Source: Candidatus Omnitrophota bacterium
GTDB taxonomy: Bacteria > Omnitrophota > JACPQZ01
Length of the DNA: 64,000 nucleotides
Direction of reading: 5' to 3'
NCBI GenBank assembly: GCA_016190205.1
Contig: JACPQZ010000045.1
Coordinates: forward strand, 33,923 to 97,922
Below, piece by piece: positions 47,833-56,524 of this stretch. Position numbers and translations under genes: made by a program. Position 1 is the first letter of the stretch. Each line of letters starts with the position of its first letter. The notes under the pieces are model-generated. The model was not told the DNA's origin, did not search any database, and saw only the letters and a list, made by a program, of their open reading frames with translations.

Positions 47833-49176
47833 ATGCCTTACGTTTCCCACACTCCTCAAGACCAGGACGCCATGTGCGCGGCCATTGGCGTGAGAGATCC
47901 CCGCGACCTTTTTCGGGAGATACCTGATGCCGTGCGCTTAAGCCGGATCAATCTTCCCGGCGGCCTTACAGAACTGGAACTTTCGCGCCGGATGCGTGAG
48001 CTCGCCGCGAAGACAGAAGGAACCCACTCATTTGACTCGTACTTGGGCGCCGGCTCCTATGAGCACTTCATCCCCTCCGTAGTGAGCGCGATCGTGTCGA
48101 GGGGAGAATTTGAAACTGCCTACACCCCGTATCAGGCCGAGGCCAGCCAGGGGACCCTGCAATGGATATTCGAATTCCAGTCCCTCATCGCCAAGCTCAC
48201 AGGCATGGACGTGGCCAATGCCTCTCATTATGACGGGGCCAGCGCCCTCGCTGAAGGGGCCATGCTCGCAACCTTTGCCCGAAAAAGACCCCGCATCCTC
48301 ATTTCGGAAACAGTCCACCCCGAATACCGCCGCGTGGTCCGGACCTATCTAAGTGGACTTGATGTCGAGCTCGTGGAGATTCCGATGCTCGCGGGGGGCC
48401 GGCCAGACTGGGAGCAGGCAGAGAGGCTCCTGGATGAGCGCGTGAACGCCCTGCTCGTCTCAAGCCCCAACTTTTTTGGACAACTGGAGGATATCGAGGT
48501 CATTGCGCCTCGCGTGCACAAGGCCGGCGCGCTTCTCGTCGAATCGTCAAACCCCATTGCACTTGCCCTGGTCAAAACCCCAGGCGAGCACGGGGCGGAT
48601 GTGAGCGTCGGAGAGGCGCAGCCCCTGGGGCTGGCCCCCGCCTGGGGAGGACCGTATTGCGGCTGGTTCGCGGCACGGCAGGAACTCACGAGGCGGCTTC
48701 CAGGCCGCCTGGTGAGTGAAACCCGCGACCGAAACGGTCGCAAGGCCTATGTCCTCACGCTGCAGACGCGCGAGCAGCACATTCGGAGGGAGAAGGCCAC
48801 CTCCAATATCTGCACCAATCAAGGGCTGTGCGCCCTGACCGCCACTGTTACCCTGGCTTGTCTGGGGCCGGAGGGTCTCAAGGAAATGGCAGAATTAAAC
48901 ACCTCTTTGAGCCACTACGCATATGACCGGCTTCTTGAAATTGACGGCGTAACGCCCTTCACAAGCGGCCCTTTTTTCAACGAGTTTGCCGTCCGATTTC
49001 CAAAGACCACACAAGCGATCAACCTGAAGCTGCTTAAAAAGGGGATCATAGGCGGTTTTGACCTGGGCAGGATACGAAAAGATTGGGCCCATGCCTGCCT
49101 TTTCGCAGTGACAGAGACAAAGACAGAAGAAAAAATCGACCGCCTCGTTCAGGAGATCAAGGCGTGTCTCATCTGA
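47833..49176 (+). CDS. gcvPA: Glycine dehydrogenase subunit 1
   Basis: TAYTPYQAEASQG, NASHYDG, TREQHIRREKATSNICTNQ. Confidence 0.96.
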   Translation: MPYVSHTPQDQDAMCAAIGVRDPRDLFREIPDAVRLSRINLPGGLTELELSRRMRELAAKTEGTHSFDSYLGAGSYEHFIPSVVSAIVSRGEFETAYTPYQAEASQGTLQWIFEFQSLIAKLTGMDVANASHYDGASALAEGAMLATFARKRPRILISETVHPEYRRVVRTYLSGLDVELVEIPMLAGGRPDWEQAERLLDERVNALLVSSPNFFGQLEDIEVIAPRVHKAGALLVESSNPIALALVKTPGEHGADVSVGEAQPLGLAPAWGGPYCGWFAARQELTRRLPGRLVSETRDRNGRKAYVLTLQTREQHIRREKATSNICTNQGLCALTATVTLACLGPEGLKEMAELNTSLSHYAYDRLLEIDGVTPFTSGPFFNEFAVRFPKTTQAINLKLLKKGIIGGFDLGRIRKDWAHACLFAVTETKTEEKIDRLVQEIKACLI

Positions 49177-50681
49177 CGCGCGAGGAACCCACCTTAGCGG
49201 AGCTCTCACGTCCGAAAAAGCGCGCGGTTAAGTTTCCACGCGCCGCTTGCGCCAAAGACAGCCAGCCATTGATTCCCGCACAATACCTTCGCAAGACGCG
49301 TCCTCGACTTCCGGAATTGAGCGAACTCGACGTCGTCAGGCATTTTACGCGTCTCTCCAAGCTCAATTTCTCCATCGATACCCATTTCTACCCGCTGGGA
49401 TCTTGTACGATGAAATACAACCCCAAGAGAAATGACACGCTCTCGACCCTCCAGCCCTTTCTATGGGCGCATCCCGCCCAGCCGGAGGAGCTCTCCCAGG
49501 GCATCCTGGAGATCCTGTACGAACTGGAGCAGGCCCTGGTCGAGATCTGCGGGGTGCGCCGCTTCAGTTTGCAGCCGGCGGCAGGGGCCCAGGCGGAATT
49601 CACCGGCCTCATGATCGTCAGGGCCTGGCATCGTGACCACGGAAACGATAAAAAGATCGTGCTGGTGCCCGACACGAGCCATGGCACCAACCCTGCCAGT
49701 GCAGCGCTCGTAGGCTACCAGGTGCAAACGGTCAAGAGCGATGAGAGGGGCCTCGTGGACCTGGGTGATCTCGAAAGTCACTTGGGACCGCGAGTGGCTT
49801 GTCTGATGCTCACGAACCCCAACACACTCGGCCGCTTCGAGGTCCACATCCAAAAGATCGCGAAGATGATCCATATGGTAGGGGGGCTCCTCTATTACGA
49901 CGGCGCCAATTTAAATCCCCTCCTCGGCACGGCTCGGCCGGGCGACATGGGATTCGACATCGTGCACCTTAACCTCCACAAGACCTTCTCGACACCCCAC
50001 GGGGGAGGAGGGCCGGGCGCAGGTCCCATCGGTGTCGCAGACCGGCTCGTGCCCTATTTACCGGCTCCCTTGATAGGCCGCGACGGGGGGTGTTATTTTC
50101 TGGAGCCGGCCCACCCCAAATCCATTGGGCGGGTCCACGCCTTTTACGGCAACGCCAACATCCTCATCAAGGCATTCATCTACATCAAGACCCTGGGCGC
50201 CGAAGGCCTCAAACGCGTCGGTGAGGCCTCTGTCCTCAACGCGAATTATCTCCTCACACGACTTGAAAAAATCTTCCACGTGCCCTATCCGGGGAGGTGC
50301 ATGCATGAGTTTGTGGTCTCGACCCTCAAAGAGAATCCCCATGGGATCCGAACCTTGGATGTCGCGAAGCGCCTCCTCGATTTCGGATTCCACTCACCCA
50401 CCATCTACTTTCCCATCAACGTCAAGGAGGCGATGATGATCGAACCCACCGAAACAGAGTCGCGCGAGACCCTGGACCATTTCGTCGAAACCCTTGAGAC
50501 AATCGCGGATGAGGCCCGCCACCACCCCGAGCGACTGCGGCAGAGCCCGCACACGCTCGCGGTCAGCCGCCCCGACGAAGTGGCGGCCGCCCGCACACCT
50601 AAACTCGTGTGGGACGAACCCCCTTTAGCCTCACCAGACAAAAGCCCCGAGGGAATACTCGCATTGAAATCGCAGCGCTAG
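49164..50681 (+). CDS. gcvPB: Glycine dehydrogenase subunit 2
   Basis: PLGSCTMKYNP, HGTNPASA, LNLHKTFSTPHGGGGPG; RBS AGGAG + GTG49164. Confidence 0.96.
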   Translation: MSHLTREEPTLAELSRPKKRAVKFPRAACAKDSQPLIPAQYLRKTRPRLPELSELDVVRHFTRLSKLNFSIDTHFYPLGSCTMKYNPKRNDTLSTLQPFLWAHPAQPEELSQGILEILYELEQALVEICGVRRFSLQPAAGAQAEFTGLMIVRAWHRDHGNDKKIVLVPDTSHGTNPASAALVGYQVQTVKSDERGLVDLGDLESHLGPRVACLMLTNPNTLGRFEVHIQKIAKMIHMVGGLLYYDGANLNPLLGTARPGDMGFDIVHLNLHKTFSTPHGGGGPGAGPIGVADRLVPYLPAPLIGRDGGCYFLEPAHPKSIGRVHAFYGNANILIKAFIYIKTLGAEGLKRVGEASVLNANYLLTRLEKIFHVPYPGRCMHEFVVSTLKENPHGIRTLDVAKRLLDFGFHSPTIYFPINVKEAMMIEPTETESRETLDHFVETLETIADEARHHPERLRQSPHTLAVSRPDEVAAARTPKLVWDEPPLASPDKSPEGILALKSQR

Positions 50682-51367
50682 GATGGGTTGACGCAGCCGC
50701 GCGCATGCAAGAAGATTGGTTCGAACTCCTGAAGGCTCGGGAGACCGCTTCTTACCCGCCCAAACTGCTTTTTTACCGTTTCCGCGGGCCCGTTATGACC
50801 ATCGGGCGTCATACCCATAAAGAAGAGGTGTACCGTTCCCACGAAGGTTCCCGCTTGAAAGAGCGCACCGTCCGCCGCGCCACGGGAGGGGGGGCCATCT
50901 TCCATGCCGGGGGGATGTGCTACTCATGGATCAGCAGGGGAAAGACCACCCGCTCCGGCCGAAACGAGTGCGTGTACTGGCTTCGAGACATGTTGCTTGC
51001 AACGCTCGAGCCGCTGGGAATCTTGGGCAAGACCCGAGACCCGAGACCCGAGACCCGAGCAAGAACCCTGGGCTCCTGGTGCGCCTTCGAGGAAGCCGAA
51101 ACAGATCTAATCATCGGACACAAAAAGCTGGGGGGCATGGCCCAGCGCTTATTTAAGGACGCCATTCTCATCGAGGGTTATCTGACCCTGCGCCGCCGCG
51201 AAACTATCTGGATGGAACGCATCGCCGCCCGCGGGATCCTTGAAAAACACAGCGCGCGTCCAGTATCCTTGGAAGAACTTGCTGGAAGACCAGTCCATTA
51301 CGACGAAATCGTCAGCCGATTCATGCACATATCCCATGACTTCCGAACCCGATCTTGCCCGGCGTAA
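50609..51367 (+). CDS. Lipoate-protein ligase / octanoyltransferase (LipM/LplA-like)
   Basis: VRRATGGGAIFH, CAF, KKLGGMAQR; start uncertain. Confidence 0.78.
   Translation: MGRTPFSLTRQKPRGNTRIEIAALGWVDAAARMQEDWFELLKARETASYPPKLLFYRFRGPVMTIGRHTHKEEVYRSHEGSRLKERTVRRATGGGAIFHAGGMCYSWISRGKTTRSGRNECVYWLRDMLLATLEPLGILGKTRDPRPETRARTLGSWCAFEEAETDLIIGHKKLGGMAQRLFKDAILIEGYLTLRRRETIWMERIAARGILEKHSARPVSLEELAGRPVHYDEIVSRFMHISHDFRTRSCPA
51030..51059 (+). repeat. Perfect intragenic (AGACCCG)4 tandem repeat
   Basis: agacccg x4 + ag inside the lipoate ligase gene. Confidence 0.9.
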
Positions 51368-52445
51368 GGACTATGCACGGCTCTCTATCCGGTTCGCACT
51401 CGTCCACCTCTCCATCTCTCCCCTCATCCTCATCCTGCTCCTTTTTTTGGAAGGACATGGGGCCCTCGCGCGGGTTTCATACGGTGCGTTCGTCATACCT
51501 TGGAAAGAGATCATTCGCGCCCTGGTGGTCGTCTGGAGCTCTCTCCTCGTCCCCAAGCTTGTCCTCAAGTTCATCAAAGGCTACCGCATAGAACACGCCT
51601 TCGGCCTTTCGCGTGAGACATTCCGCGCCTGGGCCAAGCGCACAACCAAGGCTGAGCTCATCTCCTTCATCTTTTTTCTGACAGTCTTTGGAACGGTCGC
51701 GGCGCTTCGTCTTTACGATCCCGAGGGATGGTGGATTTCAAGCTCGGTCCTCGCCATCCTCTTCTTCATCATACTGGGGAAACTGGTACCTAAGCTCATC
51801 TTGCCGCTTTTTTATAAGACCGAACCCCTCGAGCAAGAAACACTGATTCAGTGGTTGAAAGAAACGTGCCGGAATACGCACATTCGGCCCCTTCCACTCT
51901 TTTCCATCAAGCTGGGCAAGGAGACGCGCAAGGCAAACGCCGCCGTGATGGGGTGGGGAAAAGCACGGCGCATGCTTATTTCGGACACCTTGCTTGAGGG
52001 GTTTGAGCTCGATGAAATCAAAACGGTCATGGCCCACGAGCTCGGGCACCACAAGCACCGCGATTTTCTTGTGCAGCTCCTATTTGCGTCATGCGGCACG
52101 GCCATGCTCCTTTACATGACGCATAGGCTCCTCACCCTATTCCTATCAGGGGGAGGGCCGCCCACTCCGGCCCGCGAGATCCTTCTCCTCCTTCTCCTGG
52201 TGGACATCTTGAGCGTTCTCACCTCACCCCTCATGAATGCCATAAGCCGGGCGCTCGAGCGCCGTGCGGACCGTTTTGCGCTCGCCTTCACCCAAATGCC
52301 CCAGGCCATGCGTACGGCGTTTGAGAAGCTGGCCCGGCTCAATATGGCGGATCCCTCGCCCGCCCGATGGCACGTGTGGCTTTTTTATGATCACCCGCCC
52401 ATCCACGAGCGCATCCAGGCGGCGGTGGAGAGAGAACATGCTTAA
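51336..52445 (+). CDS. M48 (Ste24-like) membrane zinc metalloprotease
   Basis: Multiple TMs, NAA..G, HELGH, ERRAD, DHPP..ERI. Confidence 0.9.
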   Translation: MTSEPDLARRKDYARLSIRFALVHLSISPLILILLLFLEGHGALARVSYGAFVIPWKEIIRALVVVWSSLLVPKLVLKFIKGYRIEHAFGLSRETFRAWAKRTTKAELISFIFFLTVFGTVAALRLYDPEGWWISSSVLAILFFIILGKLVPKLILPLFYKTEPLEQETLIQWLKETCRNTHIRPLPLFSIKLGKETRKANAAVMGWGKARRMLISDTLLEGFELDEIKTVMAHELGHHKHRDFLVQLLFASCGTAMLLYMTHRLLTLFLSGGGPPTPAREILLLLLLVDILSVLTSPLMNAISRALERRADRFALAFTQMPQAMRTAFEKLARLNMADPSPARWHVWLFYDHPPIHERIQAAVEREHA

Positions 52446-53616
52446 CTGCCGTCAGCTTGGGTCTTGGGTATTGGGTTTTGGGTTTCTCACGTTGCTCCAA
52501 ATCCCTGCACTCGACGCGGGTGTTCCGCTCAAGGCACAGCGCGCCCTGCAAAAAAATAACTCCGCGCTCTCTCAACTCGCCGAGGGGAATAAGGAGAGGG
52601 CGGTCCAGCTCCTCACAGAGGCACATGAACTCGATCCGCACAATGTGACGATACGGCAAAACCTCGTTAACCTCTACTTAAACAGCGGACTGGACGCCCT
52701 CGAGGCCGGCCAGTACGAGTCTGCCCATGAGGATTTCACAAAGGCCCTGGAGATCGCACCCACAAATTTTACTGCCCTCAACGGCCTCGGCCAGGTCCAC
52801 TATCAGAAGCATGAGCTTGAAGACGCGAAGATCTTCTGGGGCAAAGCACTTGCCCTCAAGCCTGAGGACTCGGAACTGTCGGAAAAACTGGGACAGCTCA
52901 ACCAGGAAATCAAGATGGACAGCGATTTTAGAACCGTTAAGGCGCCTCATTTTGACATCCGCACGGAAAAGGGAGTCGTGGAAGAAGGCGATCATGAACT
53001 GCGCAGGGTACTCAACGATACCTACCGCCATACCAGCCAGGACATGCAATTTTTCACGCAAAGGACGATCATCGTCCTCATTTATTCGCAGGAGGCCTAC
53101 CACGAGCTCGCCTCGACCCCGCACTGGTCCGGCGGACTGTTCGACGGCAAGATCCGCATCCCCATCCCCGACGAGCGCAGCGGCTGGCCCGGTTTTGAAC
53201 CCGTCATCCGGCACGAGTTCACTCACGCCCTCATCTGGGAAATCACGCGCGGCGCCTGTCCACCCTGGCTTAATGAGGGCCTCGCTCAATACGAAGAGCG
53301 GGGGGGGCGCTTCTCTAAAATGCCTCCGGAATTACTTAAGCTGGTCAGGGAAAATGAAACGCAGGTAATCCCCATGGCGGCGCTCAATAACCCCTTCGCC
53401 CGGTGGGAAGATTTAGACCTCATCCGGAGGGGCTACGCCAAGTCTGAATCCCTGGTTCGCTACATCATCCAGCGCTATGGCCTTTGGAAAATACACAATA
53501 TCCTGGCCCTGCTCGGCAAAGGAGAACCCATGGAGTCTGCAGTGCGCAAAGAGTTAGCCCTGGAACTCAGCGGCCTCGAAGCAGATTGGGTAAAAGCTGT
53601 TAAAAGAGGTAAATGA
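52438..53616 (+). CDS. TPR + peptidase MA-like metalloprotease
   Basis: TPR repeats, HEFTH, P.WLNEGLA. Confidence 0.88.
   Translation: MLNCRQLGSWVLGFGFLTLLQIPALDAGVPLKAQRALQKNNSALSQLAEGNKERAVQLLTEAHELDPHNVTIRQNLVNLYLNSGLDALEAGQYESAHEDFTKALEIAPTNFTALNGLGQVHYQKHELEDAKIFWGKALALKPEDSELSEKLGQLNQEIKMDSDFRTVKAPHFDIRTEKGVVEEGDHELRRVLNDTYRHTSQDMQFFTQRTIIVLIYSQEAYHELASTPHWSGGLFDGKIRIPIPDERSGWPGFEPVIRHEFTHALIWEITRGACPPWLNEGLAQYEERGGRFSKMPPELLKLVRENETQVIPMAALNNPFARWEDLDLIRRGYAKSESLVRYIIQRYGLWKIHNILALLGKGEPMESAVRKELALELSGLEADWVKAVKRGK
52457..52484 (+). repeat. (TTGGGTN)4 heptamer array inside signal-peptide coding region
   Basis: ttgggtc-ttgggta-ttgggtt-ttgggtt. Confidence 0.7.
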
Positions 53617-53845
53617 CAAAAAGGGGCAGGATTAGGGTGGCAGGGCCCCTCTATGCCAAATGCAACTAAACTTTTATCTTATTGTTAATAAATGAGTAAC
53701 GTAGTACTAGTACTTCGATAACCAGTCTATAGGTTATACTTTCAGTAGGTAGAGGTAGAGCTCAAAGATCTTATACATAGGTTATCCTCTGAACTGGGTG
53801 AAGGTCCGTGCACCCAAACTTTTGGACGTAAGGGGGTGAGACGAC

Positions 53846-53986
53846 ATGAAGATGGATGACCTCGTGATAGGAACTCTTATTGGGATCGTTTTAGGCATCC
53901 ACTACGGAGCAGAACTCGCCACGTATAATGTCTTGTTCGTGGTGTTCCTGGTCCTAGGCGGCCTAAAACTCGTCCTAAAGAAGTAA
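53846..53986 (+). CDS. 46-aa hydrophobic small protein (absent from ORF track)
   Basis: RBS AAGGGGGTG; MKMDDLVIGTLIGIVLGIHYGAELATYNVLFVVFLVLGGLKLVLKK; followed by terminator. Confidence 0.7.
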   Translation: MKMDDLVIGTLIGIVLGIHYGAELATYNVLFVVFLVLGGLKLVLKK

Positions 53987-54015
53987 CACCTGAACGTAAG
54001 TAAGACAGCAACATG

Positions 54016-54051
54016 AACGGCTGGGAAGCAGTGTTTCCCAGCCGTTTTTTC
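54016..54051 (+). terminator. Intrinsic terminator
   Basis: AACGGCTGGGAAGC / GTTTCCCAGCCGTT followed by a T-run. Confidence 0.85.
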
Positions 54052-54090
54052 TCCTTGCCAAGGCCAACCCTGCATGTTACAATCAAGCCC

Positions 54091-54201
54091 ATGAATTTCA
54101 ACCTTTTTCACTTCGACAACGAGCGCTTCCACACGATCATGACCGGGGTTGTCATCGGGCTCATGATTACACTAGCCTTCCACATTCTGGCTGCGATATA
54201 A
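54091..54201 (+). CDS. 36-aa single-TM peptide, possibly leaderless
   Basis: TTGCCA-17-TACAAT ends 7 nt before ATG; MNFNLFHFDNERFHTIMTGVVIGLMITLAFHILAAI. Confidence 0.55.
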   Translation: MNFNLFHFDNERFHTIMTGVVIGLMITLAFHILAAI

Positions 54202-54227
54202 TCACACCAGCGTTTTCATACAAGGCT

Positions 54228-54288
54228 TGTCCCAAGTCCCATGTCCAAAATCGGTTGGGCCGTGACTTGGGACATGGAACATGAGACT
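54228..54288. repeat. 7-bp-periodic inverted element (GTCCCAW/WTGGGAC)
   Basis: tgtccca-agtccca-tgtccaa ... ttgggac-atggaac-atgagac. Confidence 0.75.
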
Positions 54289-54296
54289 TACACCAG

Positions 54297-54701
54297 ATGA
54301 AACGAGACGACAGTCTCATACCAACTCTAGAAGGTATCGTTGAACACGATCCGCGCTTTAAGCTCGAGGGGTACCTTTTTGTCTTATCCGCGCTTCATTT
54401 CACACAGTCCAGGCTTCCAGTACGCAGGCACGTCACGGGAGGTGAACTCCTGGAGGGAATCCGGATCTACGCCCTCGATCAATTTGGACCCCTGGCCCGG
54501 GTTGTACTGGAAAACTGGGGAATCTGTGAGACCCTCCACATGGGTCACATGGTATTTAAGCTAGTGGAACACAAGGTGCTTCACCGTACTAATCAAGACT
54601 CTCTCGAGGACTTCCGGACCGCCTATGATTTTAAAGAGGCCTTCGACGAAGGCTGGAAATCCACCTTGAAGACCAGCACTCAAGACTTCCTTCCTAAATG
54701 A
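54297..54701 (+). CDS. Minf_1886-like (TIGR04138) protein
   Basis: DPRF...Y.FV..AL, HVTG.ELL.G, QFGPLA..VL..WG, DS.EDF...YDF..AF. Confidence 0.78.
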   Translation: MKRDDSLIPTLEGIVEHDPRFKLEGYLFVLSALHFTQSRLPVRRHVTGGELLEGIRIYALDQFGPLARVVLENWGICETLHMGHMVFKLVEHKVLHRTNQDSLEDFRTAYDFKEAFDEGWKSTLKTSTQDFLPK

Positions 54702-55252
54702 GCCTTAAATCAGATAGTTGGATTCGCGAGCTCGCCCTCACGCAACGCATGATTGAACCTTTTAGTGAGCACGAGAGCCGCCCGGGCATGCTTTCCTACG
54801 GACTTTCCAGCTACGGTTATGATATGAGGCTGGCGGATGAATTTGAAATCTATGACGGCGCACCAGAACTTTGCATTGATCCCAAACAGTTTGCGGGCGG
54901 CCGCATGCGCAAGGTCCGCACAATGGTTCTGGAAATACCGCCGAATAGTTTTGCCCTCGGCCGCTCCTGGGAATATTTCCGCATCCCGCGGGAAGTCCTC
55001 ACCCTGTGCCTCGGAAAGTCCTCCTACGCACGGTGCGGAATTATCGTCAACGTCACCCCCTTTGAGCCCGGATGGGAGGGCTACGCCACCCTCTCAATCG
55101 TGAATGCAACGCCCTCGCCCGCGCGCGTCTACTCGGGCGAAGGCATTGCACAGGTCATATTTTTGGAAGGCGACGCGCCCTGTCAATTGAGCTATGCCGA
55201 GCGCAAGGGGCGCTACCAGGCGACGCAGACCATTCAACATGTTAAAACATAG
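54698..55252 (+). CDS. dcd: dCTP deaminase
   Basis: [35 protein letters not shown]. Confidence 0.95.
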   Translation: MSLKSDSWIRELALTQRMIEPFSEHESRPGMLSYGLSSYGYDMRLADEFEIYDGAPELCIDPKQFAGGRMRKVRTMVLEIPPNSFALGRSWEYFRIPREVLTLCLGKSSYARCGIIVNVTPFEPGWEGYATLSIVNATPSPARVYSGEGIAQVIFLEGDAPCQLSYAERKGRYQATQTIQHVKT

Positions 55253-55256
55253 CGTC

Positions 55257-55286
55257 CGTGCTTCGTGCTTCGTGCTTCGTGCTTCG
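55257..55286. repeat. (CGTGCTT)4 heptamer array
   Basis: Perfect tandem repeat between dcd stop and the next RBS. Confidence 0.85.
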
Positions 55287-55306
55287 CAACAGAGAGGAGG
55301 AGAGTT

Positions 55307-55696
55307 ATGACCACCGGGAAAGGTGCCTGCCGTCTTGTTTTTGCACTAATTGTTTCCTTGCCCCTGTGCGCGGCACATATACCGCCGGCCAATGCGGGCG
55401 ATGCCATGACCAAGCTGGGCCGTGGGGTCGCCAACATCGGGGGAAGCTGGTTGGAGCTGGTTCACCAAACTCAACATACGTATGAACAGGACGGGGCGCT
55501 CGCGGGCGCCACGACCGGTGTCGTCAAAGGCGTCTTTATGACTGCCTATCGGGCCATCGTGGGCGTATACGAAACGGCCACGTTTCTCGTACCGGTGCCC
55601 CCCGACTACCAGCCCATTATCTATCCAGAATATGTCCCCCTCCGGACTGGCTATACCCAGCCTGAAGGCCGCGGACCGCAGCCGAGCGGTTACTAG
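55307..55696 (+). CDS. TIGR04073-like secreted protein, paralog 3
   Basis: KLGRGVAN....WLE...GVVKG....R...GVYETATF..P.P..Y.P...PEYV; RBS GGAGGAG. Confidence 0.8.
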   Translation: MTTGKGACRLVFALIVSLPLCAAHIPPANAGDAMTKLGRGVANIGGSWLELVHQTQHTYEQDGALAGATTGVVKGVFMTAYRAIVGVYETATFLVPVPPDYQPIIYPEYVPLRTGYTQPEGRGPQPSGY

Positions 55697-55699
55697 CCT

Positions 55700-55903
55700 A
55701 TGTCCCTTTTCACCCAGAGAAAAGAAGAGCGGCGCCAGCCCATACTCTGCCCGAAATGCAGCACCCAGATGATCTGCATGAACCTATACGATAGAAAAGA
55801 GAACACGACCTTTGTATGGTACGTCTGCCCGCGCCGGGAAGGGGAGACAGGATGCGGTTACCTTGAAGCCGTCAAGCTGCAGGAATACCGTCCGCCCGCA
55901 TGA
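55700..55903 (+). CDS. Small zinc-ribbon protein
   Basis: CPKC...M...WYVCP......GCGY. Confidence 0.65.
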   Translation: MSLFTQRKEERRQPILCPKCSTQMICMNLYDRKENTTFVWYVCPRREGETGCGYLEAVKLQEYRPPA

Positions 55904-56325
55904 ATTCCATCCGGAATAGGGCGGTATTTCTTTTTCTAATTTTCACCCTGACAGGCTGTGGCGCGAGGTTCGAGGTAGTCCAGCTGGAGAAGGCCGCGCG
56001 GGGGCCGCGGCCGCTCTCCTCGGACATCCAGGTTATGGCAGGGGAGCCGGAGCAGACCTTCACCGAGATTGCCCTCTTGGAAGTCAAAAAGCGCGGGTGG
56101 ATCCCGTTTCTGCCGCCGCCCAGCTACGCACTGCACTCCCTTTTGAAAAGAAAGGCCGCCGAACTCGGCGCAGATGCCGTCATCCGGGTGGAATACGAAC
56201 AGGATAATCTCAAGAGTACTACCACCGCGGTTGGGACAGCCGTTCATTTCGGTGCAGGCGAAGAGCCAGCGTCCAGTGACCTCATGACCCCCCAGCCAAC
56301 CGAGGCAGGTGAGACAGATGGTTAA
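55900..56325 (+). CDS. Lipoprotein with YbjQ-like domain
   Basis: Lipobox LTGC; KAAELGADAVI...GTAV. Confidence 0.7.
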   Translation: MNSIRNRAVFLFLIFTLTGCGARFEVVQLEKAARGPRPLSSDIQVMAGEPEQTFTEIALLEVKKRGWIPFLPPPSYALHSLLKRKAAELGADAVIRVEYEQDNLKSTTTAVGTAVHFGAGEEPASSDLMTPQPTEAGETDG

Positions 56326-56512
56326 GTGGGAATATAAAGTCGTTAAGTGTTCGGGGACGCTCGCGCTGGGCGGGGAGTTCGTGCTGGCTGTGGAACGCGA
56401 ACTCAACAAGCACGGCTCCGAAGGCTGGGAAATGCATGACATGAAGGTGCAGGATTCAAAGGACCCCGGGGGCAAATACGCCCTTCTGATTTTGAAACGC
56501 ATGTCCAAATAG
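56318..56512 (+). CDS. DUF4177-like small protein
   Basis: KWEYKVV...LNKHG.EGWE...LKR. Confidence 0.8.
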   Translation: MVKWEYKVVKCSGTLALGGEFVLAVERELNKHGSEGWEMHDMKVQDSKDPGGKYALLILKRMSK

Positions 56513-56524
56513 CGAGATTCGTCC

